NCBI GenBank assembly: GCA_048885865.1
Contig: JBHLLF010000078.1
Coordinates: 1 to 10,222, forward strand
Source of the DNA: Candidatus Hermodarchaeota archaeon
Lineage (GTDB): Archaea > Asgardarchaeota > Thorarchaeia > Thorarchaeales > Thorarchaeaceae
Direction: 5' to 3'
DNA length: 10,222 nt
Shown here: one piece after another, positions 5,704 to 10,222 of the stretch
Layout of the letters: each line of letters starts with the position of its first letter
How positions within the stretch are numbered: the stretch's first letter is position 1
The notes under the pieces: model-generated
Told to the model about the DNA's origin: nothing
Database searches by the model: none
Seen by the model: the letters and a program-made list of their open reading frames with translations, nothing else
Translations under genes and position numbers: made by a program

Positions 5704-7998
5704 TCACATGATATAAACCCGAGGTTGAGAAGCTATCAGTAGAAGACCAATAATGAAGTAGATGAGCAGCCAAAACTTGGGATTGGGATCATCCTTTCTC
5801 TTAATATCAAGATACATGAGAATGGCAGGAATACTATATGCAAGTAGAAAGATGGGGAGAGGCATTTCATAGAAGAAGAAGCGAGTCATATAGATGGTGC
5901 GCCACATTTCAACAAGTTGGATTAACACCGAGTTCAAGGCCATGATGATGAGATGCAATCCAAGAAGGATTTTTCTCCACTTTACTGTGCCATCTCTGAA
6001 ATCATCTCTTGCCATGAAGAGGAAAACTCCGACCAGTGCCCCGAGAAGCATTCCTAGGGCCACAGTCTGAGAATGAGTGTTGTACACAAAATCAGGTGCT
6101 GAAATGTAGTCCTTGTGAATTTCGTAGAAGTAGAAGCCATGCATGGGATTGAAACCTAATCCCTCACCTAGCAACCAAGACCTCCATGTTCGGAACTCGG
6201 TCTGTTGCTGAATCCAGAGATATGGAACATCGTTTGCCACCTCTTGTTGAATGAGGGCCATGTACATCTGCTGCTCTAGCGGATCAATTGTTGCGAGAAC
6301 AGACTCGTAGAGGCTGTTCACCAACGTGCTATTGTAGCCTATTTGCGGAGCATACGTGCCATTGTGATAGCAGAATGCCTTTAGGAAATCTGTAGGATGA
6401 GCAATTTCTGCACTCCAACCTGCAAGAATCAATGGTAGCCTATCTTCAGCTAGGTATTCGAAGTATGTCCCCCACGGGACGGGCTCTAGGAGAAGCTGCA
6501 ATTCTCTGTCGAAGCCAGTCTGGTTTGCCGCTGGGTGGGCAAGTATTTCCTCTAGTCCATGGAGAACCAAAACCTCTGCAGGAGGCCCTCCACTACTTGT
6601 TGCAGGGTATGGAATTATCATTGTATTGTTCAAGTCGTTCAATGATTCAACAAAGATTGGATCCATCATCGCTAGATTCCATTGCTCTACCGCCGCTGTA
6701 ATATTGTAGACGGTTTCGAATAGACTACTGTTATACCCAAGCATACCTTGAGGAATTGGCCCCAATGCTTGAATGCCGAAGCCAAATGTACCACCAGAGA
6801 ATGCAAGATAATCGAATGCGAGTGAAGTTGCCAGTCTGAAGTGAGAATTCGCAAACGGACTTAGCGTGATGACCGTGGTCGAGTTTATTTCTGTTGTCAG
6901 GTTTCCCATATTGTATCCTAGATTGAAGAGAGTGAAACATGATCCTCCAGTTGATACATTGATGTTGGGGTCCTTTGAGCTTAGAGTTAAGTTGTCCCAA
7001 ATCTCATCAGCAATGTCCAAAGGCCAGCTGGCCAAATCAACAATGCCAGTACGGAGGTTAAGTGAACGTCCAGTGTTATCAGGATTATGCCTGATGAAGA
7101 CCGATTCAATTGCGCCAGCGCTTTCTGATGGTGCAATAACAGATTCAGTTTCACCAGAGCGCCAGTAGTTCTCCAGCAGCTCTAATCTGAAATAGTCAAG
7201 GGGTCGCCATTCTACAAGAACATATGGACCAGTACCACATTCGTGAGTTGCCATATGGGTATTAGTTTCGCCATAATCTGCTCCATAATGCTCCCTCCAG
7301 TCACCCCCTACTGGTACACTATCGTTGACTTGGCCATTAAGAGCGAATGTTGGACTCATCATGGCGCATCCAGATACTGCAAGTAGATGAACAAATGGAG
7401 AGTAAGCTCTCTCCAAAATGAAGCGGATTCGGTAGTTATCAATAATCTCGATTGAGCTCGAATTGGCCCTCCAATTATCGAAAGCAGTTTGAAAAACGTC
7501 TGACGAAGTCCCATTCGACCACGCTGTTTCTTTGAGGACGGCCCCGCCCCTAAGTACAGAGGCCAGCAGATGCGCGGGTCCGTTGATGTAGAACATCTTG
7601 AGCAGACGTTCAATATTCCACTTCACACAACTCGCATTGAAGGGAGTAGCATCATGGAATATAACATTCTCACGAAGACTGATTGTGTATGTTGTTCCAT
7701 CAGGAGAGATTTCCGGAGAACTATCTGCCAATAGGGGGACTAGGGCTATTTCATTGCTTCCGATTGGGTAGGAGTATAGAGTCTCATATATGTTGTAGAA
7801 TACGGGATTCTCTGTTGTTTGTACACTTGCATGAGGATCTAGTGACTCCGGTTCAACTATTACCTCGAGCATCAATGTGTCTGAAGGAGGAGTGGAGGGT
7901 ATCATGAATGTCGCATTAGCAAAGAAGCTCGTAAACGAAATAGTGGCAACTAAAAAGAAGGCAAATGTACAACTCACTAGTCTTCCTTTCAGTCGCAA
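5704..7998 (-). CDS. ABC transporter family-5 (OppA/DppA-like) substrate-binding protein with C-terminal multi-pass membrane segment
   Basis: N-terminal hydrophobic signal, PESLDP, NIYETL, LRENVIFHDATPFNASCVKWNIER, GTGPY, GWSAEIAHP and C-terminal hydrophobic helices. TTG start with AAGGAGG at 8009-8015. Confidence 0.92.
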   Translation of the reverse strand: MRLKGRLVSCTFAFFLVATISFTSFFANATFMIPSTPPSDTLMLEVIVEPESLDPHASVQTTENPVFYNIYETLYSYPIGSNEIALVPLLADSSPEISPDGTTYTISLRENVIFHDATPFNASCVKWNIERLLKMFYINGPAHLLASVLRGGAVLKETAWSNGTSSDVFQTAFDNWRANSSSIEIIDNYRIRFILERAYSPFVHLLAVSGCAMMSPTFALNGQVNDSVPVGGDWREHYGADYGETNTHMATHECGTGPYVLVEWRPLDYFRLELLENYWRSGETESVIAPSESAGAIESVFIRHNPDNTGRSLNLRTGIVDLASWPLDIADEIWDNLTLSSKDPNINVSTGGSCFTLFNLGYNMGNLTTEINSTTVITLSPFANSHFRLATSLAFDYLAFSGGTFGFGIQALGPIPQGMLGYNSSLFETVYNITAAVEQWNLAMMDPIFVESLNDLNNTMIIPYPATSSGGPPAEVLVLHGLEEILAHPAANQTGFDRELQLLLEPVPWGTYFEYLAEDRLPLILAGWSAEIAHPTDFLKAFCYHNGTYAPQIGYNSTLVNSLYESVLATIDPLEQQMYMALIQQEVANDVPYLWIQQQTEFRTWRSWLLGEGLGFNPMHGFYFYEIHKDYISAPDFVYNTHSQTVALGMLLGALVGVFLFMARDDFRDGTVKWRKILLGLHLIIMALNSVLIQLVEMWRTIYMTRFFFYEMPLPIFLLAYSIPAILMYLDIKRKDDPNPKFWLLIYFIIGLLLIASQPRVYIM

Positions 7999-8036
7999 GT
8001 AGGGTCTCCCTCCTTCTGTTCACGAATGGCGCAGTG

Positions 8037-8100
8037 ATTAATTAGGAATATGTCCAATATCAACACTGTTGTGTTTGCCACCACACTCATGCGATATGAG
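8037..8100 (-). promoter_or_regulatory. Putative promoter region of the SBP gene: AT-rich TAATTAAT box plus palindromes AACAC-N4-GTGTT (8062-8075) and CTCAT-N5-ATGAG (8086-8100)
   Basis: Located between the metG terminator and the TTG start; short motifs only. Confidence 0.3.
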
Positions 8101-8148
8101 AAAAAAGTAGCAAAGAAAGAAAGCGAGAGTGGGATAAACCCCCACCCC
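8101..8148 (-). terminator. Putative transcription terminator of metG
   Basis: Minus strand, 13 nt after the stop: hairpin GGGGTGGGG-GTTTA-TCCCACTCT (9 bp, 3 G-U pairs, so it pairs best on this strand), followed by CGCTTTCTTTCTTTGCTACTTTTTT. Confidence 0.7.
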
Positions 8149-8161
8149 ATTTGGACTGAAT

Positions 8162-10222
8162 TCAAGCGGCTTTACTACCTGGAGGAACGCCATCTACTGT
8201 GACAGGCACCCATTTGCCAGGGTCATTTAGTTTCTCCACGGCTAGAATCATTCCATGACTCTCAATGCCGCCGATATTCTTCGGTTCCAAGTTCACCAAG
8301 AATAAGGCACTCAAGCCCTCTAGCTCATTGGGCTCATATAGATGACCCAATCCCGTTGCCATTGTCCGCTCCTCGATGCCAATGTCAACAGTTATCTTCA
8401 GGAGTCGGTCCTTCTTTGGAACCCGTTCACACTTTGTGATCTTGCCTATTCTTAGGTCTACTCTCTGAAACTCATCGAAAGTTATTGCTTCTTTTACAGG
8501 TTCATGATCTGTCACTTCTTCGTCCTCCTTAGTTTCGCCTTTCTGAACAGCCTCAGCTGCTTTGATGCGAGCATAGGTAGTTTCTTGCAGTTCAGCAAGT
8601 AGTGTGTCATCAATCTTTGATATAACTGGTGCTGGCTTGCCAAGCTTTCCGCCTACTTCTAGCGGAATGACAGCCTCCTCCAGCAGCACAGCATGTACAT
8701 CGGAATCAAGACCAAGTTGCTTCCAGATAATTTCTGCTGCAGAGGGTAAAATGGGCTCAATCAGAACAGCCAACGCTTTTGTCAATGATAAGGCATTGAA
8801 TAGCACCGCGCCGCACTTTTCCTTATCCTCCTTGACAAGGGCCCATGGTTGATTGGCTTGAAAGTACTCATTGCCCACTGTAGCTAGGCCAAGAATGGCA
8901 TCAGACACCTTCTTGAGTTCGTACTCGTTGACTCCATCAATCACTGTTTCGATGGTGTCTTCTATCGCGTTCTTCAGCTTCTTCTCAAGTGTGCCTTTTG
9001 GTACCTCGCCATAGTGCTTCTTCGTAAAGTGGAGGCCTCGATAGATGAAGTTGCCAAGAGTTGCCACTAGCTCGTTGTTCACCTTATCCGCAAAGGATGT
9101 CCATGCAAAGTCAAGGTCTTTTGTCTGGGATGTCGATGCCACCATATAGTAACGGAGGTAGTCAGGATCAAGACCCTTAGCTAGATACTCCTCCTCAATC
9201 CAGACGATGTATCCTCTACTACGACTGAAGTTGTGACCTTCTATCTTGACCATTCCAGAGGCCACTACAGCATCGGGGAGATTGTAGCCACTGCCCTTTA
9301 GCATCGATGGCCAAAAGATGCAATGATGGTAGACGATGTCTTGACCAATGTAATGAACTAGTCGTCCATCACCCGGCTTCCAATACTTCTCCCACTCATC
9401 GGGCTTACCAATCTTTTTGGCCCACTGTTCCGTGCTCGACATGTAGCCTATCGGAGCATCGACCCACACATACAGGGTGAGACTCTCATCACCAGGGAAC
9501 TTCACTCCCCAGTCGAGGTCTCTAGTGATGCACCAGTCCCTGAGTCCTTCCTTTACCCACCCCAGTGCGTAGTTTCTGGCAATCTTGGTTCCATCTAGAT
9601 TCTCTAGATAGTCCTTCAGAAAGTCCTCGAACGCACTTAGTTTGAGGTAGTAGTGAGTACGTGTCACCGGTCTTGTCGGATTGCCACACACAGCACAGCG
9701 GGGATTGAGTATTAATCCTGGCTCGATGTATCTACCGCAACCCTGGTCGCACTCATCACCTCTGGCATCAGCGCCACAATACGGACAGGTACCTCGCACG
9801 AAACGGTCCGGCTGAGACCTTCCGCAAGTATCACAGTAGGGCGTTTCAAGCTCCTGTGCGTACACATATCCATTTTCCTGCAGAGCAGTGACTATTTGCC
9901 TAGTCCTATGATGATTCTCAGGATCATCTGTAGAGCCATAGTTATCGAAGTGGATGTTCAGCTTCGGAAAGGTATCCACGTAATGTTGGTGATACTTGAG
10001 GTATGCCTCCTTAGGAGTCAGGCCCTCAGCCTCTGCGGTTGTCAGAATTGGTGTCCCATGAGTGTCTGAGCCGCAGATGAAGGTCACATCCACTTGCATC
10101 TTCCTCAGGAGTCTGACAAACACATCAGCCGGGACATACGTGCGGAGATGCCCGATGTGCATCTGGCCGCTGGCGTATGGAAGTCCACATGTCACACACA
10201 CCGGATCCTTGGTAGGATATTT
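8162..10222 (-). CDS. metG: Methionine--tRNA ligase (5'-truncated) with C-terminal tRNA-binding OB-fold domain
   Basis: LPYASG..HIGH (HIGH at 10148-10159), GSDTHG, Zn-knuckle Cys pairs CDTC/CPYC/CDQGC/CAVC, YVWVDAPIGY, KMSKS-equivalent NFSRS, and C-terminal ITFDEFQRVDLRIG...NLEP...GIESHGMIL. The frame is open beyond GTG 10201 to the window end (KYPTKDPVCVT...), so the true start lies outside. Confidence 0.98.
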   Translation of the reverse strand, partial: KYPTKDPVCVTCGLPYASGQMHIGHLRTYVPADVFVRLLRKMQVDVTFICGSDTHGTPILTTAEAEGLTPKEAYLKYHQHYVDTFPKLNIHFDNYGSTDDPENHHRTRQIVTALQENGYVYAQELETPYCDTCGRSQPDRFVRGTCPYCGADARGDECDQGCGRYIEPGLILNPRCAVCGNPTRPVTRTHYYLKLSAFEDFLKDYLENLDGTKIARNYALGWVKEGLRDWCITRDLDWGVKFPGDESLTLYVWVDAPIGYMSSTEQWAKKIGKPDEWEKYWKPGDGRLVHYIGQDIVYHHCIFWPSMLKGSGYNLPDAVVASGMVKIEGHNFSRSRGYIVWIEEEYLAKGLDPDYLRYYMVASTSQTKDLDFAWTSFADKVNNELVATLGNFIYRGLHFTKKHYGEVPKGTLEKKLKNAIEDTIETVIDGVNEYELKKVSDAILGLATVGNEYFQANQPWALVKEDKEKCGAVLFNALSLTKALAVLIEPILPSAAEIIWKQLGLDSDVHAVLLEEAVIPLEVGGKLGKPAPVISKIDDTLLAELQETTYARIKAAEAVQKGETKEDEEVTDHEPVKEAITFDEFQRVDLRIGKITKCERVPKKDRLLKITVDIGIEERTMATGLGHLYEPNELEGLSALFLVNLEPKNIGGIESHGMILAVEKLNDPGKWVPVTVDGVPPGSKAA

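Noticed and set aside
4664-5773. Alternative-frame ORFs 4664-4849, 5204-5437 and 5567-5773
   Set aside because: They overlap mttB or the SBP gene in other frames. mttB is intact, so no frameshift is needed.
8086-8161. SECIS element, riboswitch or small RNA downstream of the metG TGA
   Set aside because: MetRS ends at its normal C-terminus, and hairpin plus U-tract is better explained as a terminator. No SECIS core or tRNA-like fold is evident.
6432-8852. Short ORFs 6432-6701, 6731-7000, 6866-7168, 7359-7613, 7683-7907 and 8604-8852
   Set aside because: Embedded in the SBP gene or metG; shadow ORFs.
1-10222. CRISPR array, IS/transposase, integrase, rRNA/tRNA or anti-phage defence genes
   Set aside because: No periodic repeats, terminal inverted repeats or relevant protein motifs. 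Intergenic gaps are short and accounted for.

Overview
Archaeal-looking chromosomal window with GGAGG/GAGGTG/GGGGT ribosome-binding sites, TATA-like boxes and a sequon-rich, C-terminally anchored solute-binding protein. An Asgard/Thorarchaeia-like host is my inference, not established. Left to right: (1) a 3'-truncated secreted His-rich protein on the minus strand that the ORF track missed, with superoxide-reductase/SoxZ-like His spacing; (2) a divergent uncharacterised ~470-aa protein whose motifs fit an internally duplicated VOC-fold Fe(II) enzyme of the HPPD/HglS(DUF1338) type; (3) a co-oriented minus-strand run, in transcription order: metG (5'-truncated), terminator, orphan family-5 ABC solute-binding protein with a 4-TM C-terminal tail, non-pyrrolysine MttB-family methyltransferase, SCP2 lipid-binding protein, M24-fold enzyme with a remodelled active site, TPR protein. 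The best candidates for new biology are the SBP-MttB-SCP2-M24 cluster (possible catabolism of a lipid- or amide-linked N-methylated amine) and the divergent pair of putative non-heme metal proteins. I found no RNA genes, CRISPR arrays or transposases. All family assignments come from reading motifs by eye; no searches were run.
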